Assembly (NCBI GenBank): GCA_049511215.1
Contig: JBEKYG010000001.1
Span: forward strand, 1 to 41,200
DNA from: Acidobacteriota bacterium
Lineage (GTDB): Bacteria; Acidobacteriota; UBA6911
DNA: 41,200 nt
Direction of reading: 5' to 3'
Part shown: positions 34,101 to 41,200 of the stretch, one piece after another
Layout of the letters: every line of letters begins with the position of its first letter
Position numbering within the stretch: the stretch's first letter is position 1
The notes under the pieces: model-generated
What the model was told of the DNA's origin: nothing
The model's input: the letters and a program-made list of their open reading frames with translations, nothing else
Database searches by the model: none
Translations under genes and position numbers: made by a program

Positions 34101-35324
34101 TTAAACGCCATTCATGACTGTCCCCAATATCGCGAGGGCGAGCGGGCGCGCAAGCCTGGAGGCATCAGCCCTTGAGTATGTGGACGGCGACGATTGCCGT
34201 TTCCCCAGCCACATTGCCCCCCCGTTTTCCACGAGCCCGATATCGGGGGCAGGTTTGATCTGCCGATCTCCGGCCTCTCCTCGCATCTGCCAGACGATTT
34301 CAGCCACCTGAGCCAGACCCGTCGCGCCCGCGGGGTGCCCTTTGGCGCTCAATCCTCCGGAAGGATTCACGGGCAGCTTGCCGCCCAGCCAGGTCACGCC
34401 CTCGTCGATCATGCGGCCGCTTTCACCCGGGCCGCAGAGCCCCAGTTCTTCGTACAAAAACAGCTCGACCGGAGCCACGGCATCATGGACTTCCGCGACC
34501 TGCACATCCCCGGCGGTGATGCCCGCTTCCTTATAGGTTTGCGCCGAAACGCGCACAACGATGCCGGGCTCATCCTTCCCGGTGAAGCCGAAACTGCCCA
34601 ATGCGGTCGCGCCGATCTTGACCGGCCTCTTCCCCATTCGCAAAGCCATCTCCTTGGTTCCGACGAGGACTGCCGATCCGCCGTCTCCCATTGGACAGGT
34701 CATCAGGAGGGTTATCGGGTCGGCAATCATCCGGGACTTGAGCACCTCCTCGACCGTGACGCGGTTGCGATATTGGGCGTGAGGGTTCAAGGCGCCATTG
34801 TCGTGGTTCTTGACCGCAACCTTGGCGAACTGTTCGCGCGTCAGACCATACTTTTGCATGTGCCCGCGGACGCGCATCGAATAGATGCCGGCGAACAGAA
34901 TTCCCATTCGCCCTTCGATATCGATATCAGAGGAGGTGGAAAGCGCCTTCAAGCTCTTACCGATGTCATCGCAGAAAAGCTTCTCCACACCCAGGGCCAA
35001 AGCTAAATCCGCCTGTCCCGACGCGACCGCCATGTTCGCCAGATAAAACGCCGTTGAACTGGAAGCGCACGCGTTCTCGACATTGATGATGGGTATCCTG
35101 TTGATGCCGACGTCCCTCAGTATGACCTGCCCCCGAACCGACTCCTGACCTGTGATCATGCCCGCGTAGGCATTGCCGACGAAGGCAATATCAATGTCGT
35201 GAGGATCAATTTTCGATTCGTGGATTACATTCCAAACAGGCTCGTAGGCCAGATCTTTCAATGTCTTGTCGAGGAGTTTCCCGAAGCGGGTCATGGAAAC
35301 TCCGAGCACATAGGTGTCTCTCAA
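34101..35324 (-). CDS. SCP-x-type thiolase-like protein (DUF35 partner), with the 3' end shifted by a G7 homopolymer
   Basis: Reads MRDTYVLGVSMTRFGK.., active-site NVENACASSS, GHPAGATG. After ..LVENGG the annotated frame gives an atypical 41-aa tail. Adding one G to the run at 34217-34223 gives ENGGGNVAGETAIVAVHILKG* with the stop at 34165-34167. Confidence 0.8.
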   Translation of the reverse strand: MRDTYVLGVSMTRFGKLLDKTLKDLAYEPVWNVIHESKIDPHDIDIAFVGNAYAGMITGQESVRGQVILRDVGINRIPIINVENACASSSTAFYLANMAVASGQADLALALGVEKLFCDDIGKSLKALSTSSDIDIEGRMGILFAGIYSMRVRGHMQKYGLTREQFAKVAVKNHDNGALNPHAQYRNRVTVEEVLKSRMIADPITLLMTCPMGDGGSAVLVGTKEMALRMGKRPVKIGATALGSFGFTGKDEPGIVVRVSAQTYKEAGITAGDVQVAEVHDAVAPVELFLYEELGLCGPGESGRMIDEGVTWLGGKLPVNPSGGLSAKGHPAGATGLAQVAEIVWQMRGEAGDRQIKPAPDIGLVENGGAMWLGKRQSSPSTYSRADASRLARPLALAILGTVMNGV

Positions 35325-35396
35325 TCTAACCTCCTACTTGGCCTAAGGGAATCTCTCCCGAAACTCGCTGGTTATATCGAAAAACCGAATGAGCAG

Positions 35397-35524
35397 CTTG
35401 GACCTCGACGTGGACCTCGACGTGGACCTGGACGGTCTTGTTCGAGGTAAACTTTCCAGACATAACATTTATCAGATCGCCATTTATCCGTGCATGCCCA
35501 CGTCCAAGTCCAAGTCCAGGACGG
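35397..35524. repeat. Composite palindromic element with tandem 12-mers (GGACCTCGACGT x2 + GGACCTGGACGG) opposite tandem hexamers (GTCCAA GTCCAA GTCCAG)
   Basis: Tandem units lie at 35400-35435, and the complementary arm cccacgtccaagtccaagtccaggacgg at 35497-35524. Confidence 0.55.
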
Positions 35525-35535
35525 AGGGTTAGGTA

Positions 35536-35549
35536 GTTTCGCGACAGAA
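35536..35549 (-). promoter_or_regulatory. Conserved 14-nt motif (minus strand TTCTGTCGCGAAAC) one nucleotide after a TAG stop, copy 1
   Basis: Identical 14-mer to 39499-39512. On the minus strand it follows the stop of the B12/DUF35 gene after a single nucleotide. Confidence 0.4.
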
Positions 35550-35550
35550 C

Positions 35551-36357
35551 CTAAGCTACCGGTCGAAATCGATAACCGAGGATTGCCCGGTCATCCTTGT
35601 CCCTGCCGACCCTGATGGCTTTCATGATCATTCGGCAGCCGATGCTCAGGCTGGAGCCGTCGCCATAATCAGTGAGCAATGAGAAAATCCGCGGCCCTCC
35701 CCCGCATATGTCGATGTAACCTTGGGCGTGAGGAATGCTGTATCCCGGGGGAGCTATACTGGCGATCGAATAGGTCTGCAGGATTCCCTCGTCACTCAGT
35801 GTCAACTCTTTTGTGAACTGATCGTCGAGACATCGAGGGCAGTTTTTTCTCGTTGGGAAAAAGATCCGTCCGCATCGTTCGCATCGGGTCCCCATCAGGT
35901 GAAGCTCCTCGGGGCTTCTGCCGGCCAGCGTTCCGGGGACCTCCAGAACCCAGGATCGCGCCTTCACGATATACTGGACGATCTGTTTGACATCCGAACC
36001 TGGAGGAAAGATCGCGCCGACGCCCAGTGCGCGAAGCGCCTCATAATCTTCCTCCGGGATCACGCCTCCCATGATCACGGGGATATCGGCGGCCTTCTGG
36101 GCTTCCAGTTCTTTCCGGACTTTTTTCATAACTTCCACGTGAGCGCCAACCATGGAAGAGATGCCAATGACGTCGACGTCTTCCTGGACCGCTATTCTGG
36201 CCACCGTGGCTGGGGTTTGCCGGATTCCGGTATAAACCACCTCCATGCCCGCATCCCGCAGCCCCTGAGCCACCACCTGCGCCCCCCGGCTGTGCCCGTC
36301 CAGGCCGATCTTGGCGATCAACACCCGCGGCGCCCTTTGCGATTCCGTCATAACCAT
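35551..36357 (-). CDS. Fusion protein: B12-binding (mutase small-subunit) domain + DUF35 zinc-ribbon/OB-fold domain
   Basis: The N-terminal half has KIGLDGHSRG (DxHxxG), IGISSMVGAH and VIMGGVIP. The C-terminal half has CERCGRIFFPTRKNCPRC followed by an OB-fold-like segment ..GILQTYSIA...GYIDI... Start ATGs at 36357 and 36351 overlap the mutase stop. Confidence 0.8.
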   Translation of the reverse strand: MVMTESQRAPRVLIAKIGLDGHSRGAQVVAQGLRDAGMEVVYTGIRQTPATVARIAVQEDVDVIGISSMVGAHVEVMKKVRKELEAQKAADIPVIMGGVIPEEDYEALRALGVGAIFPPGSDVKQIVQYIVKARSWVLEVPGTLAGRSPEELHLMGTRCERCGRIFFPTRKNCPRCLDDQFTKELTLSDEGILQTYSIASIAPPGYSIPHAQGYIDICGGGPRIFSLLTDYGDGSSLSIGCRMIMKAIRVGRDKDDRAILGYRFRPVA

Positions 36358-38006
36358 GTGACACCTTCCTGATGAACACCCCACACTTGGGCCAGAACCC
36401 GGCACATCTCCCCGATCGTGGCATAGGCGCGAGCGCACTCGACCAGTGCAGGCACCGTGTTCTTGCCGGCTCGCGCCTCACTTTCCAATTGGCTGAGAGA
36501 GTTGTTCACCTTTTCATGATCGCGGCTCGATTTGAGTTGCTGAAGCTTTTGAATTGCCCGCTCCTGGACGCCTTTCGGGACCTTGAATGATTCGATCTTG
36601 ATTCGTTCGTTTTCCTCTTTGAACTTGTTGAGCCCGACGATGACTCGCTCTCCTCTTTCAATCTCCTGCTGGTATTCGCCGGCGGCTTTGCGCATGAGCA
36701 TTTGATAGAAGCCGCCTTCGATGGCCCTCTGGGCGCCGCCTTTCCCGTCAATTTCCTCCATCAATTTCAGCGCCCTGGCTTCGATTTCGTTCGTCAAGGA
36801 TTCGATGTAGTAGGAACCGCCCAGAGGATCGACGGCATCGGCGATCCCGGTCTCATTGGCCAGGATGTGCTGGGTCATCAGTGCCACGTGAGCGGCTTCC
36901 GCCGTCGGAATGGAGAGCACTTCATCCATGGCATTGGCCGAGAGGCTTTGGGCGCCGCCTAAAATGGCAGCCAGCGCCTCAAGAGCAACCCGCACGATAT
37001 TATTGAGGGGCTGCTGCGCGGTCATGGTATAGCCGGTGGTATACACTCGGATGAAGCACTTCAGGCTCTCCTGCTTTTTGGGGTGGTAGCGGCTCTCGAG
37101 CAGGCGGGCCCACATCCGGCGAAACGCCCGATACTTGGCAATTTCCTCGAACAGGTTCATGGGAACCGCGAGCTGGCACTCCATCAGGGGGGCGAAATCG
37201 TCAATGTCCAGGCCCCGGCCGATCGCTTCATCTATATATGCCTTGGCATTCGACAGGGTGAACGCGACTTCCTGCACGGCCGTGGCGCCTCCCTGTCCCA
37301 TATGGGAACCGCACACAACGATGGGCTTGAAGTGCGGGTGCTTGCAGGTGCAGTATTCGACGGCATCGATGGAGAATCTCAACGAGGGGTTGGGAGGATA
37401 GATATAGGTTCCTCTCGCCACGAATTCTTTCAATATGTCGTTTTGCAGGACAACGGTGAATTGGCTTGGTTCGAGTCCTTGTTTCTCGCCCAACGCGATG
37501 AACAGGGCGAGCATGATCGGTCCGATGGCGTTAGCGGTGGTGAAGATCTGCTTGGATTTGTTGAGCGGGATGCCGGCAAAGATGTCCTCCATATCCTGCA
37601 AGGAATTGATGGCCACGCCGGCCTTGCCGACTTCGCCGTCGGCGAGTTCATGATCCGATTCCAGTCCTAGTTGCGTCGGCAGGTCCAAAGCCACAGCCAG
37701 CGCAGTTTGGCCCTTGGAGAGAAGATATTTGAATCTTTCGTTGGTGGCTTCGGGGTTTCCAAAACCGGAATACTGCCCCATGATCCAGAAGCCGCCGCGG
37801 TACATCGAAGGATAAATCCCGCGGGTATACGGGAAGGCGCCGGGCAATCCCAGATCTTTTTCATGGTCAAATCCCGATTTCAGGAGGCTGTCGTGATCAT
37901 ACAGATCGGCGAGCGGGATTTTGGAATCCAAACAAAAAAGTTGCTTTCTGCGTCCCCTGGCTTTCTGATCCTGGGCCAGCAGGTTCCGCCATTCCTCAGC
38001 ATTCAT
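36348..38006 (-). CDS. B12-dependent acyl-CoA mutase, large (substrate-binding TIM-barrel) subunit, methylmalonyl-CoA-mutase family
   Basis: 552 aa: ..PGAFPYTRGIYPSMYRGGFWIMGQYSGFG..., ..LQNDILKEFVARGTYIYPP.. It retains the Tyr and Arg positions that bind a substrate carboxylate in MCM-type enzymes. Confidence 0.9.
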   Translation of the reverse strand: MNAEEWRNLLAQDQKARGRRKQLFCLDSKIPLADLYDHDSLLKSGFDHEKDLGLPGAFPYTRGIYPSMYRGGFWIMGQYSGFGNPEATNERFKYLLSKGQTALAVALDLPTQLGLESDHELADGEVGKAGVAINSLQDMEDIFAGIPLNKSKQIFTTANAIGPIMLALFIALGEKQGLEPSQFTVVLQNDILKEFVARGTYIYPPNPSLRFSIDAVEYCTCKHPHFKPIVVCGSHMGQGGATAVQEVAFTLSNAKAYIDEAIGRGLDIDDFAPLMECQLAVPMNLFEEIAKYRAFRRMWARLLESRYHPKKQESLKCFIRVYTTGYTMTAQQPLNNIVRVALEALAAILGGAQSLSANAMDEVLSIPTAEAAHVALMTQHILANETGIADAVDPLGGSYYIESLTNEIEARALKLMEEIDGKGGAQRAIEGGFYQMLMRKAAGEYQQEIERGERVIVGLNKFKEENERIKIESFKVPKGVQERAIQKLQQLKSSRDHEKVNNSLSQLESEARAGKNTVPALVECARAYATIGEMCRVLAQVWGVHQEGVTWL

Positions 38007-39412
38007 TTTGTCATCCCTCCCAGCACCTGAGCTGCCCCGGTCATGACCTGGAACAGAGATTCGGCCGAATCCGTCATGTCCGAGACTTCGAGCATGTTTT
38101 CAACCCGATCCATACTGCGCCGGGACAGTGTATCGCCGGCAGCCTGGCGAAATGTTTCTCGCGTCATCGAAACCGGCAGGGGACTTTCCGGTTCGCCCAA
38201 CGCGTAGTTCACTTCGCCGCTGTGAACGATCTCGTCGAGGCAGTGGACTTCGACGATGGCTCCCCTCTGATTCGGATAGAGACGCTCCACCTCTGGATCC
38301 ACGCGGACATGCACCCTTTTCATGAGATCAAGAATTCTCCGGTCCGTAAAATGCCGCTCGTCAAACGCATCCCAGTCGCACCTGCCCAGAACAATCCTGG
38401 CGGCGAGCGCGTAAGGAATGTTGAAATAAGCATCTCCACGCTGCTTCAGTGAATCGATCTCGGACTCCACTGCGACCTTGTAGGTCCGCACATCGATTCG
38501 TGCCACCTGTGAAGGTTCGAGCTTGGTCTTTTGCAAAATGCCGGCCAGCGCGTCTATGGATGGATGGACATGCCGGCAGCCGGGATAAGGCTTCAGATAG
38601 CTGCCTCGAATGGCATATCCATGTTCAAGAGCTTTATCCACAGGCACGAGCGGTTGTTCCGCAAGGTAAGCAGGATAAAAAGCATCCTCGATGATGGACA
38701 GGTAGCCTGAATGGTCGCACCCGCCCATCATTGCGGCCGCCAGACCGCTTCGTACGGACCAGGCCACCTGAAGCGGTTGGGTGGTGCCGTTTCTGAAGGA
38801 ATGCATCAGGCCGGAGCCGCCCATGGCGGCAAGACAAAGGGCATTTTGTGTCCTCTGCGTGTCGTAGCCCAATAGCAATGACGCGGTAGCCGCGGCCCCA
38901 AAGGGCGCGCCAATGGCAGTGGGATGGAAGCCTCGACGGGTAAATCCAGGATTGCCGCTCCGGCTTATTCGAACCATCACATCATATCCGGCGATGGCCG
39001 CTCTATCGATGTCCAGCCAGCTCCTTCCCTCGGCCAGGGCAAGTATCGTCGGAACAACCGCGGCTGCCGGATGGCATGCCCCTTCCCTGGACCCGTCTTC
39101 GAAGACCGAGGCGTGGATAGCAAAGGACCAAACCATGGCGGCATCGAGCGAATGAACGCGTTCGGGACCGCCGCCAGGCCAGCCGCGCCCCCCAGGTACA
39201 CTGGCGCAGAGTTTGGTCAAATCATCGAATACCTTCGTCCGGCGGCCGATGAACGACGCGGCGGACGCATCCAGCATGTGCTGCCGGACGAGCGCACGGT
39301 CCTCGATGGAGGGTTGCGAGGCTCCAATCTCGTGCACGAGCTCCGCCAGATAGCGCGATATGAGTACTTCCGATTTGGCAGACACAGCACGATCCTTTGC
39401 TCGGCGCCACAT
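38003..39412 (-). CDS. MmgE/PrpD-family protein (2-methylcitrate-dehydratase-like)
   Basis: About 470 aa with PrpD-like layout (..ASFIGRRT.., ..HPSIDA.., ..YLKPYPGCRH..). The start is uncertain (ATG 39412, or GTG 39385 preceded by AAAGGA). Confidence 0.8.
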   Translation of the reverse strand: MWRRAKDRAVSAKSEVLISRYLAELVHEIGASQPSIEDRALVRQHMLDASAASFIGRRTKVFDDLTKLCASVPGGRGWPGGGPERVHSLDAAMVWSFAIHASVFEDGSREGACHPAAAVVPTILALAEGRSWLDIDRAAIAGYDVMVRISRSGNPGFTRRGFHPTAIGAPFGAAATASLLLGYDTQRTQNALCLAAMGGSGLMHSFRNGTTQPLQVAWSVRSGLAAAMMGGCDHSGYLSIIEDAFYPAYLAEQPLVPVDKALEHGYAIRGSYLKPYPGCRHVHPSIDALAGILQKTKLEPSQVARIDVRTYKVAVESEIDSLKQRGDAYFNIPYALAARIVLGRCDWDAFDERHFTDRRILDLMKRVHVRVDPEVERLYPNQRGAIVEVHCLDEIVHSGEVNYALGEPESPLPVSMTRETFRQAAGDTLSRRSMDRVENMLEVSDMTDSAESLFQVMTGAAQVLGGMTK

Positions 39413-39498
39413 CTTGGAATGCCGGGGAGCTTCATGCAAAGCAGAGCAAGCCCGCACACCCCAGGACACGTCGCGCGATCCGGCTGTCGTCTAAACGA

Positions 39499-39512
39499 GT
39501 TTCGCGACAGAA
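39499..39512 (-). promoter_or_regulatory. Conserved 14-nt motif (minus strand TTCTGTCGCGAAAC) one nucleotide after a TAG stop, copy 2
   Basis: It follows the GntR gene stop (39514-39516) after a single nucleotide and lies upstream of the PrpD-like gene. It has a GT-N7-AC core, as in GntR/FadR-type operators. Confidence 0.4.
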
Positions 39513-39513
39513 G

Positions 39514-40194
39514 CTATTGCAGCACGGCGGAAAAGATATATTCCCTGCCCACGCGGATGTGTTCCTTGACGACTTGAATGGCTTTCTTCACGTCCTTCAA
39601 ACGTATGGCGTTGAATATGTCCTCGTGTTCCTTCACAACCTCTTTTGCGCGCCCGGCAGGCAGACCCTCAATGCGGTGGCGGAGGAATATCCGCTGATAG
39701 ATCTCTCGGAAATACTCAGCCAGGTATGGATTGTCGGCCATCAGAATATAACTGGCATGGAATTCCTGATCGAGGGTGAATCTTCCCCTGCTCACGTTGT
39801 CCACGACGGACTTCTCATAAAGGCTCTTCTGCCTTTTAAGGCGTTCCAGTTTTTCGGGATTGACCTTTTGAATCGCCCTCTCGATGGCACCGACCTCGAC
39901 GATTTCCCTTAGCTCATAGAGGGCACTCGCCTCCTGACGCGTAATCTGATGGACCGTGTATCCCTGGTTGGGAACGAAGTCCAGGAAGCCCTCGTTCGCC
40001 AGAATGCTCAGGGCATTGTTCACCGGAGTCCGGCTTACTCCCAGCCGCTTGGCCAGGTCCACAAAAATCAGCCTCTGCCCAGGGACAATATCGTAGTTCA
40101 ACATCATCTCCCTGATCTTTCCGTAGGCCATCTGGGTCAGATTCTTGTTCCGTTCAACAACGGCTTCCGGTTTTGCTTTTTTTTGGTCAGCCAC
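39514..40194 (-). CDS. GntR-family transcriptional regulator (FadR/FCD subfamily)
   Basis: The N-terminal winged HTH is ..AYGKIREMMLNYDIVPGQRLIFVDLAKRLGVSRTPVNNALSILANEGF.., followed by an all-helical C-terminal domain. Confidence 0.9.
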   Translation of the reverse strand: MADQKKAKPEAVVERNKNLTQMAYGKIREMMLNYDIVPGQRLIFVDLAKRLGVSRTPVNNALSILANEGFLDFVPNQGYTVHQITRQEASALYELREIVEVGAIERAIQKVNPEKLERLKRQKSLYEKSVVDNVSRGRFTLDQEFHASYILMADNPYLAEYFREIYQRIFLRHRIEGLPAGRAKEVVKEHEDIFNAIRLKDVKKAIQVVKEHIRVGREYIFSAVLQ

Positions 40195-41191
40195 GTTGGC
40201 TTATCTCCTTCTGGTATTTTGTCGGAACCTTCACATTCAGCAGTTTTGCCAGGTTAAGACCCTGCATGTTGGCCCTGTCCTGTTCACTGATCGGAGGATA
40301 CCCCCACCCCTCCTGCAGCTCCTCCGGGATCTTGAGGTTCAAGACGGCCTTCACCGAAAGATCGGCCGGAGATGCCGGCCAATCCGTGCCGAAGACGATC
40401 CTTTCGCTTCCTCCCAACATGTTCATGATCGATCCTACCATGTGCGCGAGCTTCATGGGCGCATAGTACCATGGTCCTAACATTCCGCTCATGCCGATGT
40501 AAAGGTTTCGGTGCTTCCACGCCAGGGCGTTCAAAACGTCACTTTCGGGCCAGCCGAAATGGTAGGCAACGATCTTTAGCTCCGGAAACCTCAGGCAGAG
40601 ATTGTCCAGGAGAATGGGCTGGCAGTATTCCGAGTGTCCGCCCACTGCAAACCCGGTATGGATGAACACCGACACTCCCAACTCGAGGCATCTCTGATAA
40701 AACGGAAATAGATCCGGGTGATTGAAGGGCCCGGAATCCTCCGGCGAGTAGATTTTCGTGCATTTGAAGCCGTACTCCTGGTGGAGAATTTCCAGCTCCT
40801 TGATTGCGTTGCTGACGCCCCGAATGAGATGAGGGCCCACGTTGGAACAGCCGATGATCCGATCCGGATACTTCTGCATGGCCTCGATGGTGTGGTAGTT
40901 CGTTGAACACGGAACGGCATTGTAGGACATGTTCAAAAAGGATTCTCTCAGCATGCAGGCCATGTCGATGCCGGCATCGTCCATCGCCTTGATCATTCCC
41001 TCCGCTGTCCAGTCGGACGGCTTTGGCCGCCGCTCTTTTGTGATCGGATTCGTGTTCCACCATTTCCCGGTGGGGGATTCCTCCGGCTTGGAAAAGTAGG
41101 CCGTCGCCGGATAGTAGCTGATGTGCTTCCGAAACTCCCAAGGCATGACGTGCGCTTCACAATCGATGATGAAGAAGTCCTCTTTGTTCAT
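40187..41191 (-). CDS. Amidohydrolase_2-family protein (metal-dependent hydrolase/decarboxylase fold)
   Basis: 334 aa: MNKEDFFIIDCEAHV.. (metal-binding motif near the N-terminus), ..VFIHTG.., ..IVFGTDWP.. Confidence 0.8.
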   Translation of the reverse strand: MNKEDFFIIDCEAHVMPWEFRKHISYYPATAYFSKPEESPTGKWWNTNPITKERRPKPSDWTAEGMIKAMDDAGIDMACMLRESFLNMSYNAVPCSTNYHTIEAMQKYPDRIIGCSNVGPHLIRGVSNAIKELEILHQEYGFKCTKIYSPEDSGPFNHPDLFPFYQRCLELGVSVFIHTGFAVGGHSEYCQPILLDNLCLRFPELKIVAYHFGWPESDVLNALAWKHRNLYIGMSGMLGPWYYAPMKLAHMVGSIMNMLGGSERIVFGTDWPASPADLSVKAVLNLKIPEELQEGWGYPPISEQDRANMQGLNLAKLLNVKVPTKYQKEISQRG

Positions 41192-41200
41192 CCCATGCTC

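Noticed and set aside
35397-35436. Tandem 12-mers considered as a mini CRISPR or VNTR
   Set aside because: There are only about three adjacent units with no spacers. They pair with a complementary arm 60 nt away, so they form part of a palindromic element.

Overview
This is a high-GC bacterial window. It is probably Acidobacteriota-like, judged only from two very large TonB-dependent receptors with CarboxypepD_reg-type N-termini; that taxonomic call is inference. It has three parts.

(1) 1-7.2 kb is an intact housekeeping block: an M16 peptidase pair, a phd/vapC toxin-antitoxin pair with a textbook promoter, lolD plus a LolC/E permease, lysS, nusB and ribH.

(2) About 7.6-24.5 kb is a decaying accessory region.
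- Two copies of a roughly 0.95-kb Y1/HUH (IS200/RAYT-like) transposase element are bounded by 19-bp inverted termini. Both are dead. In one copy the HUH-coding core has been replaced by a 2.45-kb segment carrying an intact secreted S41 peptidase gene.
- One TonB-dependent receptor is broken by a single in-frame TAA.
- An FG-GAP/VCBS beta-propeller gene is bracketed by GATCGG-type hairpins.
- A brnT/brnA pair has an amber codon in the toxin.
- A compact 3.9-kb integrative element has perfect 17-bp inverted termini. It carries a Cys-rich ORF, a CHC2/Toprim primase and two tyrosine recombinases, and it truncates an M14 peptidase gene.

(3) 24.6-41.2 kb holds an intact TonB-dependent receptor followed by a long minus-strand acyl-CoA cluster. 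Its genes are an amidohydrolase, a GntR regulator, a PrpD/MmgE protein, a B12 acyl-CoA mutase large subunit, a B12-binding domain fused to a DUF35 zinc-ribbon/OB fold, an SCP-x-type thiolase, a 3-hydroxyacyl-CoA dehydrogenase, a crotonase, a thiolase, an acyl-CoA dehydrogenase and a family III CoA-transferase.

Intergenic DNA is rich in unusual palindromes whose arms are built from tandem short units, plus one REPIN-like palindrome of about 180 bp.

I found no rRNA, tRNA or CRISPR array. All calls rest on reading the translations and the DNA by eye; no database search was possible.
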